From a virus: a stretch of DNA of 64,000 nucleotides. The stretch lies in the IMG/VR virus record IMGVR_UViG_3300017917_002349, positions 97,939 to 161,938 of that record, one strand, 5' to 3'. Both the position numbers and the translations under genes were made by a program. Shown one piece after another: positions 45,567 to 55,132 of the stretch (position 1 is the stretch's first letter; every line of letters begins with the position of its first letter). The notes beneath the pieces were generated by a model, which saw only the letters and a list, made by a program, of their open reading frames with translations, was not told the DNA's origin and did not search any database.

Positions 45567-46690
45567 AACTCAATCAAATTATATTAGAGGCTAACATTGC
45601 AGCCAAATTGAAAGATCCTAAGATGATCAAGATGTTGGCCATAGCCATGCGCCACGACAGCACTTTGCCTAAAAGTAAGATAGCGAAACTAGGTGTGAAA
45701 CCTGATGATCAAGAAGTGATTAACCTATGGAGCGAACTTTTAGACGACAGCCTACGGACCACAGATTATGGCGACCTGGCCACAGAAGGAAAATTTGACG
45801 ATTGGCTTACACGCCTGTATATTAATGGAGTAGTAGACTACGAGGATATCAATGGCGAAGGTGGTGATGCACTAGGTGCATGGAGAGCCTTGAGCATCAG
45901 AGGTAAACTCAAAGAACCGCATCAGGATTTTAATAGATTTAAAAGTCTCAAACAGATACAGAATATTGTGCAGACCAGAGACTACAGAGATGAACTGCGT
46001 AAAATTAAAGATGCTGAAGTGATCGAAAAACACAAGCGTGAAAAGAAAGAAACAACACTCATTGATAATGATCGTTTTTTAATTACACTTCCTTATAACT
46101 ATGGTGCCTGTTATACCTTTAATAATTCTGTAGGATTCAATGCCAGTTTTTGTACAGGTTCTAGTTCGGGTCTTCGTTGGTTTGAAAGATATGCTCCGGA
46201 AGGTCCTATTATCAGTATCTATGACAAACAAAATCCAGATGATAAGGACGGTAAATGGCAGATGCATGCTCCTACTGGACAGATGAATAACGGTGACCAA
46301 AGTGACAGTTATGCTAGAGGAGATAAGAAATTCTCTGAATTATTTCCCGGACTAATGAAAGAAATCATACAAGCCTTGAAAAGCAATGCCGAGGAAATCA
46401 AAAAAAATTCAACAGAAATTACCAAAGGCGGCTACGATATTACAAAGGCCATTGCCGATATCAAAGATAGATTACCACATTCATACGCCAGTGAAGCACC
46501 TAAGACAAATGAACCAGAAGAAGATCCCAACGACGGTCCTGGAACTTATGTAGTAACTCAATTAGCTTCAGGCAAAACTGCACGTATCCAAGGTGATAGC
46601 CGAGCCGATATATTACAAAAACTCACAACACGCTATCCCGATAGTACCGAAGATGACTATACTATCGAGAAGCAAACAGACACACCTTAG
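45563..46690 (+). CDS. hypothetical late protein
   Basis: 375 aa, MKLNQIILE leader. Confidence 0.75.
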   Translation: MKLNQIILEANIAAKLKDPKMIKMLAIAMRHDSTLPKSKIAKLGVKPDDQEVINLWSELLDDSLRTTDYGDLATEGKFDDWLTRLYINGVVDYEDINGEGGDALGAWRALSIRGKLKEPHQDFNRFKSLKQIQNIVQTRDYRDELRKIKDAEVIEKHKREKKETTLIDNDRFLITLPYNYGACYTFNNSVGFNASFCTGSSSGLRWFERYAPEGPIISIYDKQNPDDKDGKWQMHAPTGQMNNGDQSDSYARGDKKFSELFPGLMKEIIQALKSNAEEIKKNSTEITKGGYDITKAIADIKDRLPHSYASEAPKTNEPEEDPNDGPGTYVVTQLASGKTARIQGDSRADILQKLTTRYPDSTEDDYTIEKQTDTP

Positions 46691-46777
46691 GACCCGTTTA
46701 ATTACGGTGTGTGTGTGCCCGGCTGCTGGGCGAGGATGATAGTAGGAGTCGTGCCCGAGGGCATCCTTAAGTGAGCT
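46680..46777 (+). ncRNA. candidate structured RNA
   Basis: GC-rich multi-stem intergenic segment; see findings. Confidence 0.5.
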
Positions 46778-46790
46778 TTATACGTATTGT

Positions 46791-47429
46791 ATGAAAACCA
46801 TAGCGATTTTTGCGCATCACCCACTGTGTTCCGTTCAATCTGTAAATGGAATCATAGAGTCTTTAACTCCGCATTATAAATTTAAATTATTCACTAAACA
46901 TCAAATCGAAGACGATTTTTTTAACGATGTTGACTGTGTATGCTTTCCTGGAGGCATAGGCGATTCAGACAGATATGACAATGTTTTAATCAACTATCAT
47001 ACTGTTATAAAAAATTATGTAGCAAATGGAGGACGATATCTAGGTATCTGTCTAGGTGCATATTGGGCAGGCCATCATTATTTTGATATACTCAGCTCAG
47101 GAACAGAAGTTGTACAGTATATCAGAAGACCCAATACCTGCACAAGAAGACCACATGCCAAGGCTATGCCTGTAAATTGGCAAGGTACCCAACAGAGGAT
47201 GTATTTCTATGACGGCTGTGCTATTATTGGTGATAATTTGGACGTTGTGGCTACCTATAGCAACAGTGATCCTATGGCAATTATACAAGGGAAAATTGGT
47301 CTGATAGGCTGCCATCCCGAAAGCCAGAAAACCTGGTACGATTATCATTCTTGGATGCCAAAACATTATCACAATGGAGAGCATCATAAGATATTGTTAA
47401 ATTTTGTTGATTTATTATTTTCTAGATAA
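46791..47429 (+). CDS. class I glutamine amidotransferase-like (BPL_N-like) protein
   Basis: FPGG, GGRYLGICLGAY, GCHPE. Confidence 0.8.
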   Translation: MKTIAIFAHHPLCSVQSVNGIIESLTPHYKFKLFTKHQIEDDFFNDVDCVCFPGGIGDSDRYDNVLINYHTVIKNYVANGGRYLGICLGAYWAGHHYFDILSSGTEVVQYIRRPNTCTRRPHAKAMPVNWQGTQQRMYFYDGCAIIGDNLDVVATYSNSDPMAIIQGKIGLIGCHPESQKTWYDYHSWMPKHYHNGEHHKILLNFVDLLFSR

Positions 47430-47464
47430 TATACTAATAAATAATTAACAAGGAGGAGTAAGCC

Positions 47465-47623
47465 ATGAAACAATCTAAATTGGTTCGTAAATTGTATAAG
47501 GCTTGCGTCCGACACGATGAAGATGCAATTATGGAACTTCGTAAAGAAGAATTCCGTAAGATACTAAAGCACCGCGCCGAAGGCAAACCATTTACACACA
47601 AGTGGACCGTGGTTCAGTTATAA
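47465..47623 (+). CDS. 52-aa basic hypothetical protein (not in ORF track)
   Basis: [14 protein letters not shown]...; ATAAATA and AGGAGG RBS. Confidence 0.65.
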   Translation: MKQSKLVRKLYKACVRHDEDAIMELRKEEFRKILKHRAEGKPFTHKWTVVQL

Positions 47624-47667
47624 TCGAACTGTAATATTTTATAGTACCTACTGCGGTAAATACTGCT

Positions 47668-48528
47668 ATGCAGCGAACTTACCGCAGTATATTCATTTCG
47701 GATGTTCACCTTGGCACTAAGGATTGCAAGGCCGAGGCCCTGAACAATTTCCTAAAACATAACACCTGCGATACATTATATCTCGTAGGCGATATCATCG
47801 ATGCTTGGAAGATACAACAAAACAAGTGGCGATGGAAACAGACTCACACCAATGTTGTTCGACGAGTATTAGGTCATGCTAAACGTGGAACTCGTGTAAT
47901 CTATATAGCTGGTAATCACGACGAGTTTCTAAGACCCATGATGCCCTATGGATTTTCATTTGGCCTAGTAGAAATCCACAATCAGATAGAACATATCGGC
48001 GCAGATGGTAAACACTATCTAGTAGTGCATGGAGATCTATTTGATGGTATCACAAGATTGGCTCCCTGGCTAAGTTTCCTCGGAGATAAGGCCTATGATT
48101 TTGTCCTATATCTAAATAGTAGATTTAATTGGATACGCCATAAATTAGGATTCGGATATTGGAGTCTTAGCAAATATCTTAAACACAAGGTCAAAAAGGC
48201 AGTTGATTTTATATTTCAGTTTGAAGAAAATCTTGCTACTTACTGCAAGAAGCGAGGTTTTGATGGTGTGATCTGCGGACATATACATCATGCAGAAATC
48301 AAAGATGTTAACGGTATCATCTACATGAATGATGGAGATTGGGTAGAATCGATGACTGCTTTAGTAGAACACTGGGATGGTCGTTGGGAAATAGTTACCT
48401 GGACCAAGGAGCGAGACGATGTGGTTACTGATAATAATAGCAGTTCACGTAAACAATCCAGCAGACGTGCCGGGCAGAGTAATATTACAGTTTCAAAATC
48501 AACAACAGTGCGAACAGGCTCTGTCTAG
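47668..48528 (+). CDS. metallophosphoesterase, LpxH2/PlcP-like phospholipase C
   Basis: SDVHLG, GDIID.W, GNHD, HGD.FD, CGHIH, N.GDWVES.TALVE. Confidence 0.8.
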   Translation: MQRTYRSIFISDVHLGTKDCKAEALNNFLKHNTCDTLYLVGDIIDAWKIQQNKWRWKQTHTNVVRRVLGHAKRGTRVIYIAGNHDEFLRPMMPYGFSFGLVEIHNQIEHIGADGKHYLVVHGDLFDGITRLAPWLSFLGDKAYDFVLYLNSRFNWIRHKLGFGYWSLSKYLKHKVKKAVDFIFQFEENLATYCKKRGFDGVICGHIHHAEIKDVNGIIYMNDGDWVESMTALVEHWDGRWEIVTWTKERDDVVTDNNSSSRKQSSRRAGQSNITVSKSTTVRTGSV

Positions 48529-48592
48529 TATGACATATTGGCTTAAATTTCAAAGTTTCAAGGTACAGGGAGAATGCATAAAAAAATCTTAA
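48419..48592 (+). CDS. 57-aa putative exported protein, overlapping both neighbours (not in ORF track)
   Basis: MWLLIIIAVHVNNPADVPG...C...C; AAGGAGCGA RBS at 48406. Confidence 0.55.
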   Translation: MWLLIIIAVHVNNPADVPGRVILQFQNQQQCEQALSSMTYWLKFQSFKVQGECIKKS

Positions 48593-49584
48593 TAATTACT
48601 GATAATCTACCGGACCAGATCAATGGTGTTGTTACGACCTTTAAAAATATTGAGACATACGCTTTTTTGGATGGGTATAGCATTCTATACCTTGATCCCC
48701 GGCAGTTCTTACATATTGGTAGCCCAGGCTACCCTGAGGTTAAACTTAGCCTTCCTTGGCAAATCGGCAAGAAGATTGAGGCGCTGGCTCCGGATCATAT
48801 ACACATCGCCACCGAGGGTCCTATTGGTCTGTGTGCTAGACTTTATCTTGACAAACGCGGCTATAATTACAATACTAGTTACCATACTAAATTCCCTGAA
48901 TTTTTAAATAAGATCTACAAAATTCCTACATCGTTGACGTATTCATATTTGAGATGGTTTCATAAACATAGCGGAAGAATTTTAACTACTACACAATCTA
49001 TGGTTGACGAACTTCGCAATCATGGTTTTCGGGGAGACATCAGACCATGGACTAGGGGTGTTGATAGAGCCAATCTGAAACCTACAAAAATTTATTCTCA
49101 TAGTTCATATCTGCATCTCAAACCCGTAGTATTGTGTGTGGGCAGAGTCAGTAAGGAAAAAGGACTGGATGACCTTTGTAGGCTACAAGACGATTTTTCG
49201 ATCGAAATCGTTGGTGATGGTCCCTACAGAGAAGAATTGGCTAAGAAGTACCCTAGAGTGAAATTCCTAGGATATCAAACAGGATCAGAATTAGCCAACA
49301 GTTATGCCAGAGCAGATGTATTTTGTTTCCCTAGCCAGACTGATACTTTTGGTATTGTAATTATTGAAGCACTAAGTCTAGGAACACCAGTAGCGGCCTA
49401 TCCTGTACAAGGCCCTCTAGACATCTTAGAACCCGGTATAACAGGACATATGAGCTGGAATCTAAAAGACAGTATTGAAATATGCAAACTCTATCCAAGA
49501 GACCGAGTAGCTGAGGCTAGTAAAAAGTGGTCTTGGGATGCCTGCTGGAAAATCTTCAAAGAAAATCTTATTGACCTACGATAA
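48574..49584 (+). CDS. GT4 glycosyltransferase, Agt-like glycolipid synthase
   Basis: QINGVVTT, HIATEGPIG, YHTKFPE, VGRVSKEK, FPSQTDTFG.V.IEA. Confidence 0.8.
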   Translation: MHKKILIITDNLPDQINGVVTTFKNIETYAFLDGYSILYLDPRQFLHIGSPGYPEVKLSLPWQIGKKIEALAPDHIHIATEGPIGLCARLYLDKRGYNYNTSYHTKFPEFLNKIYKIPTSLTYSYLRWFHKHSGRILTTTQSMVDELRNHGFRGDIRPWTRGVDRANLKPTKIYSHSSYLHLKPVVLCVGRVSKEKGLDDLCRLQDDFSIEIVGDGPYREELAKKYPRVKFLGYQTGSELANSYARADVFCFPSQTDTFGIVIIEALSLGTPVAAYPVQGPLDILEPGITGHMSWNLKDSIEICKLYPRDRVAEASKKWSWDACWKIFKENLIDLR

Positions 49585-50158
49585 TATCGTAGACTTCTTT
49601 CCAGTTTTTAACTTTTTGAATACCATCCTGCTCAAAAGACATGTTATGTCCGTGTTCCATTAGCAAAGGTTTTAATCCTACATTAAGACCTGCGATGCAG
49701 TTGGTAAATTTATCCTCGATCCAGTAATGATCTTTGCCTCGATACTTTTCAAGAACTTCATCTTTGTCTGCACCTGTTTCTAGGATAATGAATTTAGTAA
49801 ATGCTGTCTTTCCAAACAGCTTACATAGATTCATCTTTCTCAGCGCCTGAGCGTTTTCGTCTGAGCTCATGCTGGTGATACAATGGAATACATAGCCATG
49901 TTCTTCATGTAGACGTTTAACATAATACATGGCATCGCGCAAGGGCGGAAGGAAACCCATGTGCGCAGATTCATTGAATATTTTGATTAGTTTTTTGGAT
50001 TGTTCTTTATCGATATTGTATCTTTTGGCAATGTCGTATTTGAATTGCCAATCCTCAGTTTTTTGAAAACCATGTTGTTCCATCCAAACTGAGAACGCGA
50101 ACTCCCAATCCACGCAGACGCCATCGCAATCGGTTAGGATGATTTTTTCATTTTTCAT
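49568..50158 (-). CDS. HAD-superfamily hydrolase (nucleotidase-like)
   Basis: LTDCDGV, WIEDK..N. Confidence 0.75.
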   Translation of the reverse strand: MKNEKIILTDCDGVCVDWEFAFSVWMEQHGFQKTEDWQFKYDIAKRYNIDKEQSKKLIKIFNESAHMGFLPPLRDAMYYVKRLHEEHGYVFHCITSMSSDENAQALRKMNLCKLFGKTAFTKFIILETGADKDEVLEKYRGKDHYWIEDKFTNCIAGLNVGLKPLLMEHGHNMSFEQDGIQKVKNWKEVYDIIVGQ

Positions 50159-50194
50159 ATTTGCCCAATCAAGTAGTACATTGATAAATATATT

Positions 50195-50869
50195 ATGTTC
50201 ATAGAAAATAAGTATTCACGCATGTATTATAACATTATATCACGAGCAAAGTCAAGACCTAAAACGGGCTATACCGAAACACATCATATTCTTCCAAAAT
50301 CTATGGGTGGTAGCGATGATTTATCCAATCTTGTAGAACTCACAGCGAAGGAACATTATATTTGTCATCTTCTTTTACCAAAAATTACAGAAGGTGAAAA
50401 TAGATATAAAATGATTTATGCATACACTATAATGTCAGGTCGAAAGATTTACGGTTCTCGGAAGTACTCATTTTATAAAGAAGAATATGCCAAAATAAAC
50501 AGCCAACTACGATCCGGTGAGGGCAACGGAATGTGGGGTGCTGATCGTTCCGGCTCTAAAAATACCTTTTTTGGCAAAAAACATACAAAAGAAACAAAAC
50601 AAAAAATTTCAGAGGGTCAAAAAAGAAGAAAGTTAGAGCGTCCAGAATCTTTTAAAACATACGAAAGAACTTCTATTCATAGAAAAGCAGTAGGTGAAGC
50701 TACCAAAAGTCGCGCAGCATGTTATACTTTTAAACATCCAGAGCACGGAGAGTTCTACGGAACTACAGGAGATTTGGCAAAAGCCTATAATTTTAGCAGA
50801 GCTAGTGAAGCCTACAAACTAGTTAAAGGTGAATATAAATCTTACAAAGGCTGGAAGATAAGTGTGTAG
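50195..50869 (+). CDS. free-standing HNH homing endonuclease with NUMOD3-like motif
   Basis: ETHHILPKSMGG..NLV.LTAKEH..CH, FFGKKHTKETKQKIS. Confidence 0.85.
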   Translation: MFIENKYSRMYYNIISRAKSRPKTGYTETHHILPKSMGGSDDLSNLVELTAKEHYICHLLLPKITEGENRYKMIYAYTIMSGRKIYGSRKYSFYKEEYAKINSQLRSGEGNGMWGADRSGSKNTFFGKKHTKETKQKISEGQKRRKLERPESFKTYERTSIHRKAVGEATKSRAACYTFKHPEHGEFYGTTGDLAKAYNFSRASEAYKLVKGEYKSYKGWKISV

Positions 50870-50930
50870 TTAATGAATTTGTCAATGACTGCTGCTCTGC
50901 CATAAATACTGGCACACAGGAGATATCAAA

Positions 50931-52205
50931 ATGGACAAACGTACACAGAGACAGCAGACTCTACAACAGGATTGGACCCTAAATCCTCGTTGGCAAGGAA
51001 TCAAAAGACCCTATACAGCAGAGGAAGTCGTTCGCTTACAAGGCTCCAAGACTTACCCAAATCAGTTTGCTGTCGAACAATCAAAAAAACTATGGCGTAT
51101 GCTTCTAGAAGAAGACTACGTTCATACACTAGGTGCCCTTACAGGCATGCAGGCACTACAACAAGTCAAAGCAGGACTAAAAGCCATTTATCTATCAGGT
51201 TGGCAGGTTGCAGCAGACGCTAACCTTGCTGGAGACATGTACCCAGATCAGAGTTTATATCCAGCGGACTCTGTACCGTCAGTAGTAAAGAAAATAAACA
51301 ACACATTTGCCCGTGCAGATCAGATAGCGTGGAGCGAAGGCAAAGAACAAGACTTCTATGCACCTATTGTAGCAGATGCAGAAGCAGGGTTTGGTGGTGT
51401 GTTAAATGCCTACGAACTTATGAAGGGGATGATCAATGCAGGAGCGGCCGGAGTACACTTCGAGGATCAACTTGCCTCCGCCAAGAAGTGTGGACACATG
51501 GGAGGAAAGGTCTTGGTACCTACAAAGGAAGCTGTCAACAAGTTGGTTGCCGCTCGCCTTGCAGCTGACGTTATGGGTGTTCCTACCCTCGTTATTGCTC
51601 GTACTGATGCCGAAGCTGGTAATCTACTTACTAGTGACATTGACGATAATGATCGTCCTTTTCTCACTGGCGAACGTACTGTGGAGGGTTTCTACAGAAC
51701 AAAGAACGGACTTGAACAGGCAGTCAGCAGAGCCGTTGCCTATGCAAACTACGCAGACCTCGTGTGGTGTGAAACAGGAAAGCCTGATCTACAGTTCGCA
51801 AGGGAGTTTGCAGAGCGAGTACACAAGCACCATCCGGGTAAAATGTTAGCCTATAACTGTTCTCCTAGTTTCAACTGGAAGAAAAATCTAGACGACACCA
51901 CCATTGCCAAGTTCCAACGTGAGTTAGGCGCCATGGGCTACAAGTTTCAGTTCATTACTCTAGCAGGATTCCACAATCTCAACAATAGCATGTTTGAACT
52001 TGCACACGGATACGCTAGGGAAGGTATGACAGCATTTGTCAAGATGCAGGAACAGGAGTTTGCCAATGCTGCCATAGGGTTTGAAGCAGTGAAACATCAA
52101 CGCGAAGTTGGCACAGGTTACTTTGATCTTATCACTACCACTGTTGAGAAAGAAGCATCAACGCAGGCGTTAAAAGGCTCAACAGAAGAGGAACAATTCC
52201 ATTAA
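50931..52205 (+). CDS. aceA: isocitrate lyase
   Basis: [43 protein letters not shown]. Confidence 0.97.
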   Translation: MDKRTQRQQTLQQDWTLNPRWQGIKRPYTAEEVVRLQGSKTYPNQFAVEQSKKLWRMLLEEDYVHTLGALTGMQALQQVKAGLKAIYLSGWQVAADANLAGDMYPDQSLYPADSVPSVVKKINNTFARADQIAWSEGKEQDFYAPIVADAEAGFGGVLNAYELMKGMINAGAAGVHFEDQLASAKKCGHMGGKVLVPTKEAVNKLVAARLAADVMGVPTLVIARTDAEAGNLLTSDIDDNDRPFLTGERTVEGFYRTKNGLEQAVSRAVAYANYADLVWCETGKPDLQFAREFAERVHKHHPGKMLAYNCSPSFNWKKNLDDTTIAKFQRELGAMGYKFQFITLAGFHNLNNSMFELAHGYAREGMTAFVKMQEQEFANAAIGFEAVKHQREVGTGYFDLITTTVEKEASTQALKGSTEEEQFH

Positions 52206-52906
52206 TGACTGAAATCATATATACCTTGGTGATGGTACAAATCACCATAGCCTGCGTCACCTTATACTTACACCGTAGCCAGGCACATCGTGCTGTACAG
52301 TTTCATCCTGCGGTAGCACACTTCATGCGTTTTTGGTTATGGTTGACCACAGGTATGGTAACTCGTGAATGGGTAGCTATACATCGCAAACATCATCAAT
52401 GCAGCGATCAAGAAGGTGATCCACATAGTCCCCAGATATTTGGCATATGGCGTGTGCTGTTTGGCGGCGCACTATTATATGCAGCCGCAGCCAAAAACAA
52501 AATCCTTATCCAAGAGCTAGGACACAGCACACCTAATGATTGGATTGAAGAAAACTTATACACCCCGCACAGTCGCCTAGGGATTCTTATGATGTTGATC
52601 ATAGATCTTGTTCTTTTTGGCCCTGTGGGATTTGTGGTCTGGGGTGTCCAGATGCTATGGATCCCGTTCTGGGCCGCAGGTATTATCAACGGACTCAGCC
52701 ACTGGTGGGGATATCGAAACACAGGCACCAAGGATACTAGCCGTAATCTTTGGCCTTTGGCTATATGGATTGGCGGAGAAGAACTACACAACAATCATCA
52801 CAGCGATGGCGCCAATGCTAAGTTTAGTCAAAAATGGTATGAGTTTGATATAGGCTGGATGTATATCTGTATTCTACGCTTTTTTAAACTCGCTAAAATA
52901 AGATAA
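52205..52906 (+). CDS. delta-9-type fatty acid desaturase
   Basis: His boxes HRSQAH, HRKHH, HNNHH. Confidence 0.9.
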   Translation: MTEIIYTLVMVQITIACVTLYLHRSQAHRAVQFHPAVAHFMRFWLWLTTGMVTREWVAIHRKHHQCSDQEGDPHSPQIFGIWRVLFGGALLYAAAAKNKILIQELGHSTPNDWIEENLYTPHSRLGILMMLIIDLVLFGPVGFVVWGVQMLWIPFWAAGIINGLSHWWGYRNTGTKDTSRNLWPLAIWIGGEELHNNHHSDGANAKFSQKWYEFDIGWMYICILRFFKLAKIR

Positions 52907-52908
52907 TA

Positions 52909-52932
52909 AGAAAGGCCCCGAAGGGCCTTTCT
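52909..52932. terminator. bidirectional terminator between convergent genes
   Basis: AGAAAGGCCC-CGAA-GGGCCTTTCT. Confidence 0.8.
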
Positions 52933-52985
52933 GCTACCACACTAATATATAATTCCGCTATGCGGGTTATCTCATAATAATATAA

Positions 52986-53267
52986 TTATTTCTTTGTACC
53001 GTTATTTACAAAACCGTACATCTTTTCAGCCGCTTCGAGAACTTTTTCAATTCCTGGGAATTCTGGCATAGCAACTGTGCTGACAATTTGACCTGTCTTT
53101 TCATCACGAGTGGCAGTTAGTTCCCAACCTTGAAATTTAACATGAAAGTCTTGCGCAATTAGATCCTTGGCCATTGCTAGAATCTCTGTACGGATTTCAT
53201 ATCCATTCTTATTAAATTTTACTTCTGGTAGTTTCATTTCTGGTACGTTTAGTCCGTTATTTGACAT
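52986..53267 (-). CDS. hypothetical protein
   Basis: YEIR..IL.MAKD...A..MY.FV; AAGGAG RBS. Confidence 0.75.
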   Translation of the reverse strand: MSNNGLNVPEMKLPEVKFNKNGYEIRTEILAMAKDLIAQDFHVKFQGWELTATRDEKTGQIVSTVAMPEFPGIEKVLEAAEKMYGFVNNGTKK

Positions 53268-53294
53268 AGTAATTCTCCTTTGTGTGTGTATGTC

Positions 53295-53549
53295 TTATTT
53301 GGCTTCTTTTTCTACTTTGTAGGGAGCCTGTGAAGCCTGCTCAGTCTTTGGAAACAGACATTTACTGACTGAATCCACAGAATACTTGACCATATCAATG
53401 GTGTTGTTAACTGCCATCTTGGCAAATTGGGTCTGCGCATCGATGTATGCGTGTGCTGCTTTGTTAAGTGCTGGATCTTTGAAAATCTGATCGGATACGA
53501 TCTTTTTGGTGTTTTGAAAAGATTCAATATAAAAATTCGGTGAAAACAT
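53295..53549 (-). CDS. phasin-like helical protein
   Basis: Amphipathic, AYIDAQTQFAKMAV; AGGAGG RBS; promoter TTGATT-17-TATAAT at 53580-53608. Confidence 0.45.
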   Translation of the reverse strand: MFSPNFYIESFQNTKKIVSDQIFKDPALNKAAHAYIDAQTQFAKMAVNNTIDMVKYSVDSVSKCLFPKTEQASQAPYKVEKEAK

Positions 53550-53635
53550 AACTCCTCCTTGTGTGTTTGTGTATGTATTATTATATATCCCTAAGGGATA
53601 CAAATCAAGAGTAAACATAGACTAATATGTCCTAA

Positions 53636-53758
53636 TTAATCTCTAAGCATGACTTCTTTGGCTAGATCAAATCGACCCATGCGACTAAGATGGGCCGCAG
53701 CTCTGGCCTTACCGAAACTTTCGCAAAAAGCAAAGAAGTTATTGATAAAGTTTTTCAT
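53636..53758 (-). CDS. 40-aa hypothetical protein (not in ORF track)
   Basis: MKNFINNFFAFCESFGKARAAAHLSRMGRFDLAKEVMLRD; ATGA coupling. Confidence 0.6.
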   Translation of the reverse strand: MKNFINNFFAFCESFGKARAAAHLSRMGRFDLAKEVMLRD

Positions 53759-53937
53759 ATGATTTTTCCTTGTGAGATTTTATACTCGTACTCTTTAGTA
53801 TAGTGTTCTATATCTGCGGCGTTCTGGGGGAATTTTGATGATATATAACGTTCCAGTTCGCTTTGATAGTGCTGCTTAGGGAACATTTCTGCTAGACGTT
53901 CTAATATGGCCAGCATTTTTGTTGATAGTTGTTTCAT
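53755..53937 (-). CDS. small protein, DUF3563-like
   Basis: LERYI...ADIE pattern; GAGG RBS. Confidence 0.5.
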   Translation of the reverse strand: MKQLSTKMLAILERLAEMFPKQHYQSELERYISSKFPQNAADIEHYTKEYEYKISQGKII

Positions 53938-54075
53938 TGTGTTATCCTCTGTAAGTGTGTGTAGTAACTCATGGTTTTTACTTAGTTATTTAGTCAGACT
54001 TTGTGCAACCGCACAAAAAAGTTAATTTAATATCGATCGCTTTTGAGTTAAATATAGTTTGTAAATGGGTAAACT

Positions 54076-54354
54076 ATGAAAGTACGTACAAGATCTATCC
54101 TACAAGAATTAAATGAAATAGCAGAAGTCCGTAACAAGGATTCTTTGTTTGAAAGCCGCGCCACTAATATCATCAATTCGGCTATAAATTTATTAGAAAG
54201 CCTACACAAGAATTATACTCCAGAGCAGGCCGATGAACTAGAGCGTAGATTTGTCAACGCAATAAGAGGACAAGATCCATCTAAATTTGTTCGAGGGATA
54301 CGCAAAATTGCTGAATCACGCAAACAGAAGAGACCGTTAAATGAATCAGAGTAA
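54076..54354 (+). CDS. hypothetical late protein
   Basis: 92-aa ORF after TAAATA. Confidence 0.75.
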   Translation: MKVRTRSILQELNEIAEVRNKDSLFESRATNIINSAINLLESLHKNYTPEQADELERRFVNAIRGQDPSKFVRGIRKIAESRKQKRPLNESE

Positions 54355-55132
54355 ATTATTAGAAGGCGGCAATGTTTTCAAAGATGCCGATAAACAACCC
54401 CTTACACGCAGAATTCAACGTGATGAAATTCCCTCCACTATCGCATATTTAGAGAAGCAGACAGGTGTAGATTTTACCTTAGACAAAGACGAAGAAGGTG
54501 TTCCTATCAAATGGCTAGGGACCACAGGTCGAAAAGCCGATTCTGGAGATCTTGATCTTAGTGTGGATGCCAACGAATTAGATAAAAAAGAATTCGCACA
54601 GAAACTTATTTCTATATTTGGCAAAGAGAGTGTAAAACTTTCGGGGGACAGTGTCCATCTAAAAACTCCTATAAACGGAGATCCCACTAACGGATTTGCA
54701 CAAACAGATTTCATGTTCAGCACGAATCCTAAATTCCAACAGGGCAGTATGCTAGGCGGTATACAAGATAGTCCTTATAGAGGAGAACATCGTCATATAC
54801 TATTGTCTAGTATAGCCAGAGCCAGAGGCATGAAATACAGTCCTAAGAATGGCCTAGTAGATCCCGAAACTAATGAACCTATGCCCAACGGCGATGATTG
54901 GAATTTCATCGCTAAACAATTATTAGGACAGACAGCTACAATTAAAGATATACGTTCTGTAGAAAGCATTGTAAATTATATTAAGAAATTACCCAACTAT
55001 GAAGAGCTGATCGCCGCAGCACAAGAAACATTGGGTCGTTCAGGAATAGAGCTTCCCAAGAAAGAAGCTCTAGAACACTACACACCTAACAGTCCTAGTT
55101 GGATGCGTAAGATAATGGACATTGTCAAATGA
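54341..55132 (+). CDS. nucleotidyltransferase-like protein (pol-beta superfamily)
   Basis: LGTTGRKADSGDLDLSVD and QTDFM fit hG[GS]..DhD...D. Confidence 0.6.
   Translation: MNQSKLLEGGNVFKDADKQPLTRRIQRDEIPSTIAYLEKQTGVDFTLDKDEEGVPIKWLGTTGRKADSGDLDLSVDANELDKKEFAQKLISIFGKESVKLSGDSVHLKTPINGDPTNGFAQTDFMFSTNPKFQQGSMLGGIQDSPYRGEHRHILLSSIARARGMKYSPKNGLVDPETNEPMPNGDDWNFIAKQLLGQTATIKDIRSVESIVNYIKKLPNYEELIAAAQETLGRSGIELPKKEALEHYTPNSPSWMRKIMDIVK

Noticed and set aside
47629-47650. Possible Pho box upstream of the PlcP-like gene
   Set aside because: Only one CTGTAAT half-site; no second repeat at 11-bp spacing
50195-50869. HNH gene as part of a group I intron
   Set aside because: Flanking genes are intact and divergent, intergenic gaps are too short for intron core structure, and it has its own late promoter
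35077-52906. Bacterial chromosome origin for the metabolic genes (clpP, hld, hemA, aceA)
   Set aside because: They are interleaved with virion-type genes and T4-like late promoters, without bacterial operon context such as clpX or aceB
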